A stretch of 64,000 nucleotides of DNA from the NCBI GenBank assembly GCA_963721525.1, contig CAVRJL010000008.1, positions 19,196-83,195 of the forward strand. The letters run 5' to 3'. This DNA comes from an uncultured Negativicutes bacterium (GTDB lineage: Bacteria; Bacillota; Negativicutes; JBAXTZ01). The translations under genes and the position numbers were made by a program. The number at the start of each line of letters is the position of its first letter. Position 1 is the first letter of the stretch. This document shows positions 18,069 to 27,327 of the stretch, piece after piece. Below the pieces are notes generated by a model. It saw only the letters and a list, made by a program, of their open reading frames with translations. It made no database searches and was not told the origin of the DNA.

Positions 18069-18573
18069 TATCTTCTACTTTTTCGTTTTGTCCTATTTGA
18101 GGAGTTCCATATTGTTTTATGGTAGTTCCTATTTTATCTTCTCCATTTCCTACATGGAGACATTCGTGAGCATAAACAATCGCTTTGTTTCCAGTTAAAT
18201 CATATCCTCTTTTTATCATCTTTTTTTGTTCATAAACATAAAAAACAGCTTGTATTTCTTTATAACGAGGAACAAGATAGGATTTTCCAGGGTATGTCAT
18301 ACAACCTTCAAGAACCTTAATTTGCCTTTTGCTAACTGGATAGAATTTTGGATTGATTACTATCTGAAAACTATTTTCAGTTTTTCTAAAAACAAACATT
18401 TTTTTATAAACACCTATTTGTGGACAAGCAAGTCCTACAGCACCATTTTTGGCACAAAATTCTATCATTCTTTTTCCAAGTTCAATTATTTCTTTAATTT
18501 CACTAAATTGTATTTCTTCACAAATACAGTTTTCTACTAATTCAGGTGCTACAATTTTTAGCTCTTCATCCAT
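18043..18573 (-). CDS. def: peptide deformylase
   Basis: GAVGLACPQIG, EGCMTYPG and HECLH motifs in order and spacing. Confidence 0.85.
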   Translation of the reverse strand: MDEELKIVAPELVENCICEEIQFSEIKEIIELGKRMIEFCAKNGAVGLACPQIGVYKKMFVFRKTENSFQIVINPKFYPVSKRQIKVLEGCMTYPGKSYLVPRYKEIQAVFYVYEQKKMIKRGYDLTGNKAIVYAHECLHVGNGEDKIGTTIKQYGTPQIGQNEKVEDNGEAKFKI

Positions 18574-18743
18574 TTTTCATTCCTTTCATCTACAATTTCT
18601 TGAAATTTTATAGTATTCAAATATGCTGTTATAGCGGCCTCAACGATATATTTTATTTTTATACCTGTTTTTTTTGAATACTCTTTTAATTTATCGTGTA
18701 TTTCTTTTTCTAATTGAACTGGATGCGTTTTTTCCATTGGCAT
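18558..18743 (-). CDS. small ribbon-helix-helix-like protein
   Basis: VQLEKEIHDKLKEYSKKTGIKIKYIVEAAITAYL. Confidence 0.55.
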   Translation of the reverse strand: MPMEKTHPVQLEKEIHDKLKEYSKKTGIKIKYIVEAAITAYLNTIKFQEIVDERNEKWMKS

Positions 18744-18823
18744 ACTTTATATATGACGTAATATATTTTTCTATATTACCTTTACTTGGCTTGAGTAAAG
18801 ATACTTTATATAAGGAGATTTTT

Positions 18824-19768
18824 ATGCCACATTTTCAACCACGAATGAATTCTTTCATGTCTATTTTATCACTTCCCACTAGCTATAGTGCTGGAACTGC
18901 TATTACTTTTTCTAGTTCCGTATTTAAAATGACACAAAATTCTGGATATTCAACTTTGAATAGCGCTACTACTGTTTATGTTCCTGGAAATGCTTATAAG
19001 ACAGAGATAGTAGTTCACGCAAGCGACTATACCAAGATTACTAACAATGGCACTGGTTCATGTATTCCAGTAAATCTTATGGGCTCTTGGGATGGAAACA
19101 ATTTCTTTTTACTTCAATCTAATGGTGGTTCTGCTAGTGGCGCTTCTAATAATGCTACTGCTCCAACAAAATTTGAGCTTGTTCCTGCTCATGCTAATTA
19201 TTTCCGAATCGACTTAGTTCTTGATGCCACAGGCGCACTTGTTAGTGGTCATGGCTTAAATGTTGATTTAGTTATTATGGATGATCCAATTCAAGGAGCT
19301 AGAGTTTGCTATTATGGTTCTGCGGTAAATGCAGCTGCCACTTCTACGTTTACTTTGGCACAAAATGCTACTTCTACTGGAAGCGTTTTAGGCCTTTCTT
19401 CCAATCTTACTCAAACTGCCATTACTGCTGGTTCACTTACCACTCCTATTGCAATGAACGATAATGTGCAAAAGTTATATATTTTTGCCGCTCTTCAAGG
19501 CGTTTCAACTCCTCTAACTGGCTCTAACTGCACAATAGCTCTTCAAGGTTCTATGGATGGAGTTAACTGGTATACTGTAACCATAACTAATACCGCTTTG
19601 GCAGCTACGGCTAAAACTATTGTCATTAACGAAGTAATAGCTAATACTAATGTATCTGGTGCTTTTATTGGTAGTTTCTTCCGATTTAATGTTGTTGATG
19701 GAGGTACTACTACTTGGACCAATACATCTACTGCTTATCTATATACCGCTATTACGGCTGTATATTAA
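18824..19768 (+). CDS. virion structural/decoration-like protein, copy 1
   Basis: start corrected to ATG 18824 (AGGAGATTTTT leader; MPHFQPRMNSF) because 19785 paralogue starts identically. Confidence 0.65.
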   Translation: MPHFQPRMNSFMSILSLPTSYSAGTAITFSSSVFKMTQNSGYSTLNSATTVYVPGNAYKTEIVVHASDYTKITNNGTGSCIPVNLMGSWDGNNFFLLQSNGGSASGASNNATAPTKFELVPAHANYFRIDLVLDATGALVSGHGLNVDLVIMDDPIQGARVCYYGSAVNAAATSTFTLAQNATSTGSVLGLSSNLTQTAITAGSLTTPIAMNDNVQKLYIFAALQGVSTPLTGSNCTIALQGSMDGVNWYTVTITNTALAATAKTIVINEVIANTNVSGAFIGSFFRFNVVDGGTTTWTNTSTAYLYTAITAVY

Positions 19769-19784
19769 GGAATAGGAGAATAAT

Positions 19785-21365
19785 ATGCCACATTTTCAAC
19801 CACGAATGAATTTTTTCCAAGCAGTTTTAACTCCTCCTGCTACATATACTGCTGGAACTGCTGCTACATTTTCTAGTCCTATATTTAAAATGACAGCAAA
19901 TACTGGATATTCAACAGCAAATACGGCAAATGTAATTTATGTTCCTGGAAATGCTTATAAGACAGAAGTTCTTATAAGAGTTGCTGATAAGTCAAAGGTA
20001 ACCAATAATGCTACTGGCTCATGCATTCCAGTAAATCTTATGGGTTCTTGGGATGGAAATAACTTCTTTTCACTAGGAAGCTATACTGATGTTGCAAATG
20101 GCTCAGGAGCAATTTCAGTAAAAGAAGAACTTGTTCCTGCTCATGCAAACTTTTTTCGTATAGATTTTGTTCTTGATACTACAGGAGCACTTACCACAGG
20201 ACATGGTATTGTTATAGATTTGGTTATAGAAGATGATCCAGTTCAAGGAGCTAGAGCTTGTTTTTATGGAACATCTGTAAATGCCGTAGCTTCACCGACA
20301 TTTTCTTTACTAACTAATACTACTTCTGGTGAAACATGGAGCTCACAAACATTTAGTAGTTCTTCAGTATTCCTTATTGGAACCAATACTCAGCAAGCTA
20401 TTTCTGCTGTTGCAATAAGCTATGGAACAATTACTGGCGTTACTGCTGTTGTTTCTGTTATTCAAGCTGGCTCTGCTTCTCAATATCCTTCTCAAGTTAT
20501 TACTTTTACAGGAACTGCTGGCGGAACAAGTGGAAATATAACAGTTGATGGCAAAACTACAGCAATAACTGTTGGAGATACCGCTGCTGCTATAGCTTTT
20601 AAGATTGCTGCAACTACATATACCACCACAACATCTACAGAAAACTGGACGGCTAAAGGTGGTGGAGTGCTTATTATTACTGGCACTAATACCAAGCAAT
20701 CTGTAGCTGGTGTAACAGTAAGTGCTGGAAGTGTTGGAAACGTTACTGTCACTGCGACACAAATAGTTGCTGGTTCTGGTTCTTTATATCCACAGCAAGC
20801 AATAGTATTTGTCGGTGGAGGCACAGGACTTTTAGCTACTACCACATTTGGTACAGTTACTATTGATGGCGTTGCTTTACCAGTAACAGTTGGGACAACT
20901 GCTCAAACACTTTCTACTACTTTTGGTAGCGTAATGAGTTCTGCTACTGCTTCTGGTGGACTTACTTCTTACGGTTCAACTCTTACAATTCCAGGAAATA
21001 ATACAGCCGCTGCAATATCTGCTGGCTCAATCACTGTTCCTATTACTTATAATGATTGCGTGCAGAAGTTATATGCTACTGCTATTTTAGTTGGAACGCC
21101 ATTGGTTGGAAGCAATGCCACCATAGCTCTTCAAGGTTCTTTAGATGGCGCGAATTGGTATACAGTAAGTCTTACTAATGCTGCTGTTAGCGCTTCTGCC
21201 GGAACTATTGTTGTAAACGAGGTAATATCCAATAGTAGTAGCGCAGCATCTGCTGGTGCTTTTGTTGGCAATTTCTTTCGATTAAATGTTGTTGATGGAG
21301 CTACCACAGGATGGTTAAATTCTTCAACTGCTTATCTCTACACTGCCATTACGGCACTGTATTAA
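19785..21365 (+). CDS. virion structural/decoration-like protein, copy 2 with inserted repeat domains
   Basis: N- and C-terminal parts match 18824..19768; extra about 200-aa Thr/Ala/Gly-rich insertion. Confidence 0.65.
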   Translation: MPHFQPRMNFFQAVLTPPATYTAGTAATFSSPIFKMTANTGYSTANTANVIYVPGNAYKTEVLIRVADKSKVTNNATGSCIPVNLMGSWDGNNFFSLGSYTDVANGSGAISVKEELVPAHANFFRIDFVLDTTGALTTGHGIVIDLVIEDDPVQGARACFYGTSVNAVASPTFSLLTNTTSGETWSSQTFSSSSVFLIGTNTQQAISAVAISYGTITGVTAVVSVIQAGSASQYPSQVITFTGTAGGTSGNITVDGKTTAITVGDTAAAIAFKIAATTYTTTTSTENWTAKGGGVLIITGTNTKQSVAGVTVSAGSVGNVTVTATQIVAGSGSLYPQQAIVFVGGGTGLLATTTFGTVTIDGVALPVTVGTTAQTLSTTFGSVMSSATASGGLTSYGSTLTIPGNNTAAAISAGSITVPITYNDCVQKLYATAILVGTPLVGSNATIALQGSLDGANWYTVSLTNAAVSASAGTIVVNEVISNSSSAASAGAFVGNFFRLNVVDGATTGWLNSSTAYLYTAITALY

Positions 21366-21398
21366 GCGCACGAGGGCTATGCCCTTATTAAATATAAA

Positions 21399-21427
21399 GG
21401 CTACCAGAAATGGTAGCCTATTTTTTT
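21399..21427 (+). terminator. rho-independent terminator
   Basis: GGCTACCAGAAATGGTAGCCTATTTTTTT. Confidence 0.85.
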
Positions 21428-22053
21428 CAACGTAATTCAGTGTTCCAGTATGAACTATCCAAAAAGTCTCCCCAGCATTTATATTTTGGTTCCTTACTTT
21501 TTTCATAAAGCGTAAGATTATAATGCGGCATGAATGGTTTTCTTATTAACTTCATTCCAGCTTCAGCAGGAGTTTTGTCACCTTTTTTAGAGTTACATTT
21601 TATACACGAACAAACAACATTGGTCCATGTAGTTGTTCCACCACGACTTTTTGGTAGAACATGCTCCAAATTTAATTCACTTGGAGCAAAATGCTTCCCG
21701 CAATATTGGCAAAAATTGCAGTCTCGAAGATATATATTTCTTCTGGTAAGAACAACTCCTCTTATTGGAATTTTGTCATAGACAATTGTTCGTATTATAC
21801 GAGGAACTACGATTTTTTGTTCTGTTCCAGTTATTATACTTTCATCGTCTCTTATTCCTTCTGCTATTCTTAATTCAGAAATAGCAAACCAGCTATCAAG
21901 ACTATAACTTTTATAATAACCATCTTCAACATAAACTACTTCTGCTCTACCTCTTTTTAATAAAGACAGAGCTCTCCATGCTTTCACTACATTTATTATA
22001 ACATAGTTTTTATTGAGAACTAAACAACTTTCTTCTAATGCGAAATCTGACAT
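21427..22053 (-). CDS. HNH endonuclease
   Basis: CQYCGKHF..LNLEHVLPKSRGG..WTNVVCSCIKCNSKKGDKTPAEAGM. Confidence 0.88.
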   Translation of the reverse strand: MSDFALEESCLVLNKNYVIINVVKAWRALSLLKRGRAEVVYVEDGYYKSYSLDSWFAISELRIAEGIRDDESIITGTEQKIVVPRIIRTIVYDKIPIRGVVLTRRNIYLRDCNFCQYCGKHFAPSELNLEHVLPKSRGGTTTWTNVVCSCIKCNSKKGDKTPAEAGMKLIRKPFMPHYNLTLYEKSKEPKYKCWGDFLDSSYWNTELR

Positions 22054-22058
22054 ATAAC

Positions 22059-23057
22059 CTACACTTCAAGCAACACCTTTTTAGATGGTTTTAATTGCAT
22101 TTTTTTACTTTCATTAAACGGAATACATTCTTCTATATTTATAGTATCTTTTCCAGTTTTAGTCAACCTACTATTCAAATCTTTTATTCCAGGTTCGAGT
22201 CTATAAACTAAAATCTGTGTAGTAAAAGAAGGTGGTTGATATTTTATTAACATTTTAACATTATCTTCAAGAGTTTTTTCTCCAGTTTCATCATTATCAG
22301 GAACTATTATTATTTTACTTGGTGCGTTAGCCATTATTTTTTGAGCTTGTAGCTCTCCCAAGTTAGCGGATAGTATTGCTGTTCCAATTATATTTTTTAT
22401 TGAAATAGCGTCAAATACTCCTTCACAAATAAAAAGTGTATCTTGTAATTTATCTATATTATAAACAAATTGTTTACTATTTATATTATGTGGATTAGCG
22501 TATCTTATATATGAAGTTCCTGTAAAATCTCTACATATATAATATACTATTTCTCCATTTTCAAAAAATGGAATAAAAATTCTATTATTATATTCTGAAC
22601 CAGGGTCATATATATATCCCATTTCTTGTATATATTCTTCTGGTATTAATCTATCTCTTAAATATGATAAAGCCATATTGCCAAAAAGTCCCATTTTATT
22701 TTCAGAGAAAAAATGTAATCCTTTTGGTAATTCAAGAGTTATTTTTTTATCTTCTTCCTCTATTAATTTTACTAATTCTTTATTTTCTTTTTTCCCAAAA
22801 CCATACTCTTTTGCAAGATATAATAATACCTCTTTTTCTGATATATCTAAATATTTTGAAATAAAATAAGAAAACGAACCAGACAAACCCGACTTATAGT
22901 CATAGAATAAGCTTTTCTCAGCAGATACATAAAGATGAAATTTATTATCCTGCTCAAACGGAGAATTTATTCTTATCTCTCCAGTAGAGCCTTCTCTTGT
23001 TTCGAAATTATCATGTAAAAAAGAAACAATAGTGTTTTGAGGTAATTTAGATTTCGT
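22059..23057 (-). CDS. DnaG-like primase (TOPRIM), start extended upstream to an apparent ACG codon
   Basis: TOPRIM-like DTLFICEGVFDAISIKN..IIIVPDNDETGEKT; frame continues upstream of the called TTG start to AAGGAG-ATATAT-ACG. Confidence 0.75.
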   Translation of the reverse strand, partial: TKSKLPQNTIVSFLHDNFETREGSTGEIRINSPFEQDNKFHLYVSAEKSLFYDYKSGLSGSFSYFISKYLDISEKEVLLYLAKEYGFGKKENKELVKLIEEEDKKITLELPKGLHFFSENKMGLFGNMALSYLRDRLIPEEYIQEMGYIYDPGSEYNNRIFIPFFENGEIVYYICRDFTGTSYIRYANPHNINSKQFVYNIDKLQDTLFICEGVFDAISIKNIIGTAILSANLGELQAQKIMANAPSKIIIVPDNDETGEKTLEDNVKMLIKYQPPSFTTQILVYRLEPGIKDLNSRLTKTGKDTINIEECIPFNESKKMQLKPSKKVLLEV

Positions 23058-23075
23058 ATATATCTCCTTAAAGTA

Positions 23076-23558
23076 TCAGGTTTTAAATAAGGACCTTTGT
23101 TTAAAAACTACGCAGCGATGTAACGCTTTTGCTATCGTTTGTTTTTTTAATTCGCAATTAATAATTCCATCTTTTTTATTACAATAAATACAATACTCAC
23201 ACCCACTACAACCAGGAAGAAAAGAAGCTATTACAAAAAAATAATTTACTAATATCTCTTTGTTTATCTTACCATTTATTGAGTATTCAATAATTATATT
23301 TTTATCTTCTTCTATTCTTGAAGTAAAAGTAAAAATGTCTGATAAATTTGAAAGCATAACTTCATTTATTTTTGAGTTTAATTTATCATATAAATCATAT
23401 CTTTTATCTGATGCTATTTTTAATACAGGTTTGTTAGCTGATAATTCAAAAATTTGAAAACATCTATTTCCTTCATTTTGGAATTTCACCGCAACTAATA
23501 ACTCTACTGATTTTATCCCTGTAAACACTGTTGACCAGTTCATATAAATCCTTCTCAT
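23076..23558 (-). CDS. hypothetical Cys-rich protein
   Basis: CSGCEYCIYCNKKDGIINCELK. Confidence 0.55.
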   Translation of the reverse strand: MRRIYMNWSTVFTGIKSVELLVAVKFQNEGNRCFQIFELSANKPVLKIASDKRYDLYDKLNSKINEVMLSNLSDIFTFTSRIEEDKNIIIEYSINGKINKEILVNYFFVIASFLPGCSGCEYCIYCNKKDGIINCELKKQTIAKALHRCVVFKQRSLFKT

Positions 23559-24195
23559 AATGTAATACTATTCGTAATCTTGCTAATGTTTTCTTTCCAA
23601 CGTTTCCTATGTTTCCACAATTAAATGTCATAGCGGCTATATCCCAGACGCCAGTTTTTTTATACTCATAAGATAAATGCTCGTTTCCTTGTTTTATATT
23701 ACTTTCCAAAGAGCCAAACTTATTTATGACATCTGGATATGTTTTACTGTTTAATTGATAAATACCCCAATCAAAACTTCCATCTTCGTTTACATTAACT
23801 GGTCTTTTTGGATTATAATTTATTAATTCACTTTCTTCAAGACCAACTGCTAAACTCAAATTAAATGGAACATTATAATGTGAAGACCATTTCCATATTA
23901 ACTGTATAGTAAGTAGATTTCTATTTAAGTTATACGCATATTTTTGTAAGTAGAAAACTGGATCTCTTGCTATAATTTCATTTATATTATCTCTGGTTAT
24001 ACTATCAAAAAATACAATCTGCTTTTGTGGAATGTCAACACTTATTGGTATAGCATCAGCTGATATAAAAGTAGCGGATACTATTATTATAGCAATAGTA
24101 AAAATAAAGTGTTTAAATAATCTGAATAATTCAGTTTTTGTTCTCAAGGAAGCCACCTTCTTTGGTTTCGATTTCTCTATGATACTCTGTATCAT
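23473..24195 (-). CDS. lytic transglycosylase-like protein
   Basis: SHYNVPFNLSLAVGLEESELINYNPK..GSFDWGIYQLNSKTYP, N-terminal hydrophobic segment. Confidence 0.8.
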   Translation of the reverse strand: MIQSIIEKSKPKKVASLRTKTELFRLFKHFIFTIAIIIVSATFISADAIPISVDIPQKQIVFFDSITRDNINEIIARDPVFYLQKYAYNLNRNLLTIQLIWKWSSHYNVPFNLSLAVGLEESELINYNPKRPVNVNEDGSFDWGIYQLNSKTYPDVINKFGSLESNIKQGNEHLSYEYKKTGVWDIAAMTFNCGNIGNVGKKTLARLRIVLHYEKDLYELVNSVYRDKISRVISCGEIPK

Positions 24196-24283
24196 ATTGC
24201 CGAAAAACTCTCAAGAGCTCTTCTTGCTTTTCAAGCATTTTTTCAAGTAAAAATATAACTTTTCTGGAATCAGCATCATTCAT
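24131..24283 (-). CDS. small coiled-coil hypothetical protein (50 aa), missing from ORF track
   Basis: MNDADSRKVIFLLEKMLEKQEELLRVFRQYDTEYHREIETKEGGFLENKN*. Confidence 0.5.
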   Translation of the reverse strand: MNDADSRKVIFLLEKMLEKQEELLRVFRQYDTEYHREIETKEGGFLENKN

Positions 24284-24284
24284 T

Positions 24285-24536
24285 TTAATTCCTAAATACG
24301 GTTTCTATTATTATATCAACTTCATCACTTGGATTGTCTTCACCTTCCATCTTCTTTTTCAAAGCAGTAAATAATTTATTAATTACTGTTTTCTTTACAT
24401 CAAGAAGTTGAGCCGTGTCACCAACAATGGCATCGTTCTCTGACTTCAATTCTCTCTTCCTGTCTTGAATTTCCAAATAACTCTCAAAATTTAATTTGGC
24501 CCGTCTCTTTTCTTCGTCACCTATGTTACTTATCAT
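24285..24536 (-). CDS. hypothetical protein
   Basis: 83-aa ORF in tight operon. Confidence 0.6.
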   Translation of the reverse strand: MISNIGDEEKRRAKLNFESYLEIQDRKRELKSENDAIVGDTAQLLDVKKTVINKLFTALKKKMEGEDNPSDEVDIIIETVFRN

Positions 24537-24805
24537 TAATCAATTACCTCCACTCCTATTTCACTTATAACTTCTTGGGCACGTGGAGTTTCTTTCTTTT
24601 GTCTTTTTAGATACTCACTATATTTTTGTGCTATTGAAGATAACTCTCTATTATAAGCATCATTCTTATATGGTCTTTGATATACAAAATGTTTTACTGG
24701 ATTCAGTATAACTTGATTGCCATATTCATCTGTATATGGAATAAGATGATTTGCTGAACGTAGTAACTGAAAAATTTCTTTTCTATCTGATGTTCTATTA
24801 CCCAT
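24536..24805 (-). CDS. hypothetical protein
   Basis: 89-aa ORF in tight operon. Confidence 0.6.
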   Translation of the reverse strand: MGNRTSDRKEIFQLLRSANHLIPYTDEYGNQVILNPVKHFVYQRPYKNDAYNRELSSIAQKYSEYLKRQKKETPRAQEVISEIGVEVID

Positions 24806-24813
24806 TTTTACTC

Positions 24814-25038
24814 CTATACTAACTTTTTTAATCTTTCAATGTTCTCATGATAATTTTTTACTGCTATTTCCATTCGTTTATTTACTTGTGCCTTTAAACT
24901 AATATTAAGTTTTTCTTGAAGTTCCTCTTCTGTAAATTTATCATCCTCTACTTCCATAAAGGCAGAAGTTTCCAAGCTTTCAAACGGTGCTATCTGTATT
25001 TTGTAACTTACAGAACCTCCTACTTTTATTTTAGCCAT
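24814..25038 (-). CDS. hypothetical protein
   Basis: 74-aa ORF in tight operon. Confidence 0.6.
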   Translation of the reverse strand: MAKIKVGGSVSYKIQIAPFESLETSAFMEVEDDKFTEEELQEKLNISLKAQVNKRMEIAVKNYHENIERLKKLV

Positions 25039-25249
25039 TCTTTGCCAACCATTTTCTCAAATGCCGTAAAGTATTGTCAGTATCTACTTTCTGATGCTTA
25101 ATAGCTTTATTTTTTATAATTTCATCTATCGATGCAGATTCAGCATAAACCTTTTTGATTTTCTTAGTCAATCTTTTTGTTTTAATTGGAATAGCACCAA
25201 AACCTTTTGAAATCTCTGTCTTTTTTCTTTCGGCTTCATTCATTCTCAT
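25031..25249 (-). CDS. hypothetical protein
   Basis: 72-aa basic ORF in operon. Confidence 0.6.
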   Translation of the reverse strand: MRMNEAERKKTEISKGFGAIPIKTKRLTKKIKKVYAESASIDEIIKNKAIKHQKVDTDNTLRHLRKWLAKNG

Positions 25250-25298
25250 CTCCTTATTTATTTTTATTATAAACTAATTTTATTTCTTAGTCAAGTAT

Positions 25299-25856
25299 TT
25301 ACACATAATCGTTTCCTAAAATCTTTTTTACTAATGTTAACAATTTTTGATTTTGAGCTACTATCATTCTTTTTGTATTGTTTGTTCCAAAAATAGAAAT
25401 ATATGCTTTTGAAAATACAAATAAATAAATAGGATAAGCTTCTATTTCTAATTGCCTTCTTTGAAACTTATCACTCAAAAACAAAAATATGCTAAAAGGA
25501 CTTTTTCTATCAGAGCAAAAAGATTTTACCAGCTGATATCCAGTTATTACATCTTTAATTATTTGTTCGTTTTTATCTGGTTGCCCTTCAAAACGAAATT
25601 TATATTCTTGAAATGTATTCCAAGCTCGTTCTGTAACAAGTTGCGGTGGATATATTTTTCCAAAGCTTTCAAATTGACATTTTATAAAAATAGATGGATT
25701 CCATCCTTCTCTTCCTGAAAACTTTTCAATAGTTTCTTCAAAGTATTTCCACCACTTACTGTTTTTTACAGTAGTAATGGTAAAAATACGTCTATCATAT
25801 TTTAAAAATTCACTACGATAATACATTGCTAAATTGAATATATCAAGCTGTTCCAT
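25299..25856 (-). CDS. hypothetical protein
   Basis: 185-aa ORF. Confidence 0.6.
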   Translation of the reverse strand: MEQLDIFNLAMYYRSEFLKYDRRIFTITTVKNSKWWKYFEETIEKFSGREGWNPSIFIKCQFESFGKIYPPQLVTERAWNTFQEYKFRFEGQPDKNEQIIKDVITGYQLVKSFCSDRKSPFSIFLFLSDKFQRRQLEIEAYPIYLFVFSKAYISIFGTNNTKRMIVAQNQKLLTLVKKILGNDYV

Positions 25857-26067
25857 CAGCTTCCTTTGCCTCCACTATAAATTTGTTTTTAACACACCAC
25901 TCAGTAAAACCTTCCCAATCTATTTCAAAATTTGAAATAAGACAACCAGCTACTTTTTCACAATCCTCTGGACAATGCAAAAAGGTCTTTTTTACGTATT
26001 TATTAAATAATTCTTTCACTTTTGGATTTACCATACCGTGAGAACAACCTTCGCAGAAATGGTTCAT
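25843..26067 (-). CDS. hypothetical Cys-containing protein
   Basis: 74-aa ORF, CEGCSHG / CPEDCEKVAGC. Confidence 0.55.
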   Translation of the reverse strand: MNHFCEGCSHGMVNPKVKELFNKYVKKTFLHCPEDCEKVAGCLISNFEIDWEGFTEWCVKNKFIVEAKEADGTA

Positions 26068-26306
26068 TCGTCACCTAACATTTTTTCTAAAAGGAATGTT
26101 CGATATGCTTTTTTTACAAAAGGATTTATTTTTTCTTCATACTCTTTTTGAATTTGTATAGCTTGTTTTTGTTCTTCTTCTGACAATAATGTAAAATCTA
26201 AACCGCTTCTATGCTTTTCGTTACTATCAAGTAAAAGTAACGTATGCTGTTTTACGTCCCCCTCCTTCTTTTCATATTTAAAATCCTCCAAAATACATCT
26301 GGTCAT
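26064..26306 (-). CDS. hypothetical protein
   Basis: 80-aa ORF, overlaps next. Confidence 0.55.
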   Translation of the reverse strand: MTRCILEDFKYEKKEGDVKQHTLLLLDSNEKHRSGLDFTLLSEEEQKQAIQIQKEYEEKINPFVKKAYRTFLLEKMLGDE

Positions 26307-26320
26307 TCAATCTCCTTTTT

Positions 26321-26572
26321 TTAATTTGCTATTTCTGATAGTATATCTCCATGACAATCTAATGGAGAACACCAACATCCTAAAATTTTTCCTTTTAATT
26401 CTTCTTGTATTTGCTCCTTCGTGAATTTTTCTAAAATATATTTTTTATATTTTTCAATTACTTCTTTTCTACTTCCATCTTCACCAATAACAAATGGATT
26501 TCCCCATTTTGATGGCCTTCCAATATAAACATCATAATGTTTTTTCTTGCAATGAACTACATTTGGATTCAT
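26321..26572 (-). CDS. DUF4326-like protein
   Basis: YIGRPSKWGNPFVIG..GKILGCWCSPLDCHGDILSEIAN. Confidence 0.85.
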   Translation of the reverse strand: MNPNVVHCKKKHYDVYIGRPSKWGNPFVIGEDGSRKEVIEKYKKYILEKFTKEQIQEELKGKILGCWCSPLDCHGDILSEIAN

Positions 26573-26578
26573 GCTTTT

Positions 26579-26607
26579 ATTTTAGAGTATTTTTGTAAAC
26601 TTGTCAA
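26579..26607 (-). promoter_or_regulatory. sigma70-type promoter
   Basis: TTGACA-17-TAAAAT. Confidence 0.75.
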
Positions 26608-26613
26608 GTAAAA

Positions 26614-27327
26614 TCACTCTCCTATTCTTGCTTTAGAAATTTCAAAGTAATCTTTGTCTAATTCTATTCCTGTAAAATCTCTATTTGTTTCTTTACAAAC
26701 AACTCCAGTAGTTCCAGTTCCCATAAATGGATCTAGTATTCTATCTTCTTCTTTTGAAAAATTAATAATTATTTTTTCTACAAGTTCTTTTGGAAAGACA
26801 GCTCCGTGGGTATCGGATATTTTTTTTCCTCTTCTTATCTGCCATAAATTTTGTAGCTCTCCTCTATTAAATTGAGCATTGTCAAATTTTCTACTTATGG
26901 CGTTTTTTTCTTCAAAAACTAATAAAACTTCAAAACGAGAATTTAATATTCCATCTCCAATCGCTGGTTGAGCGTTTACTTTATCCCATATTATTATTTC
27001 TTTCAATACTTCATTGAAATAACCCATTATCTTAAATAATGCTCTTTTATTTCCAGTTAAAAATTGAATATTATAAAAGGTCATTCTGGAAACTCTAAGG
27101 CACTCTTTTATTATTTTTTTATTAAATTCAAAATATTCTTCCATTGGAAGGTTGTCGTCATAATTTTCATATTTGGTAGATAGTTCTTTTACTATTTGCC
27201 TTGAGCAATACTTTCCATTTCTTATTCTTAAATTCATATTATATGGAGGACTTGTTATTACTAAATCAAAAAAATTATTTTGAAACTTAGACAATTCTTC
27301 TAATGAGTTTCCTTTTATTAAATTCAT
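26614..27327 (-). CDS. DNA methyltransferase (SPPY type, probably N4-cytosine)
   Basis: DLVITSPPYNMNLR and ILDPFMGTGTTGVVCKETNRDFTGIELD. Confidence 0.92.
   Translation of the reverse strand: MNLIKGNSLEELSKFQNNFFDLVITSPPYNMNLRIRNGKYCSRQIVKELSTKYENYDDNLPMEEYFEFNKKIIKECLRVSRMTFYNIQFLTGNKRALFKIMGYFNEVLKEIIIWDKVNAQPAIGDGILNSRFEVLLVFEEKNAISRKFDNAQFNRGELQNLWQIRRGKKISDTHGAVFPKELVEKIIINFSKEEDRILDPFMGTGTTGVVCKETNRDFTGIELDKDYFEISKARIGE

Noticed and set aside
20364-20845. minus-strand ORFs inside 19785..21365
   Set aside because: Low-complexity antisense frames over the repeat-rich virion gene.
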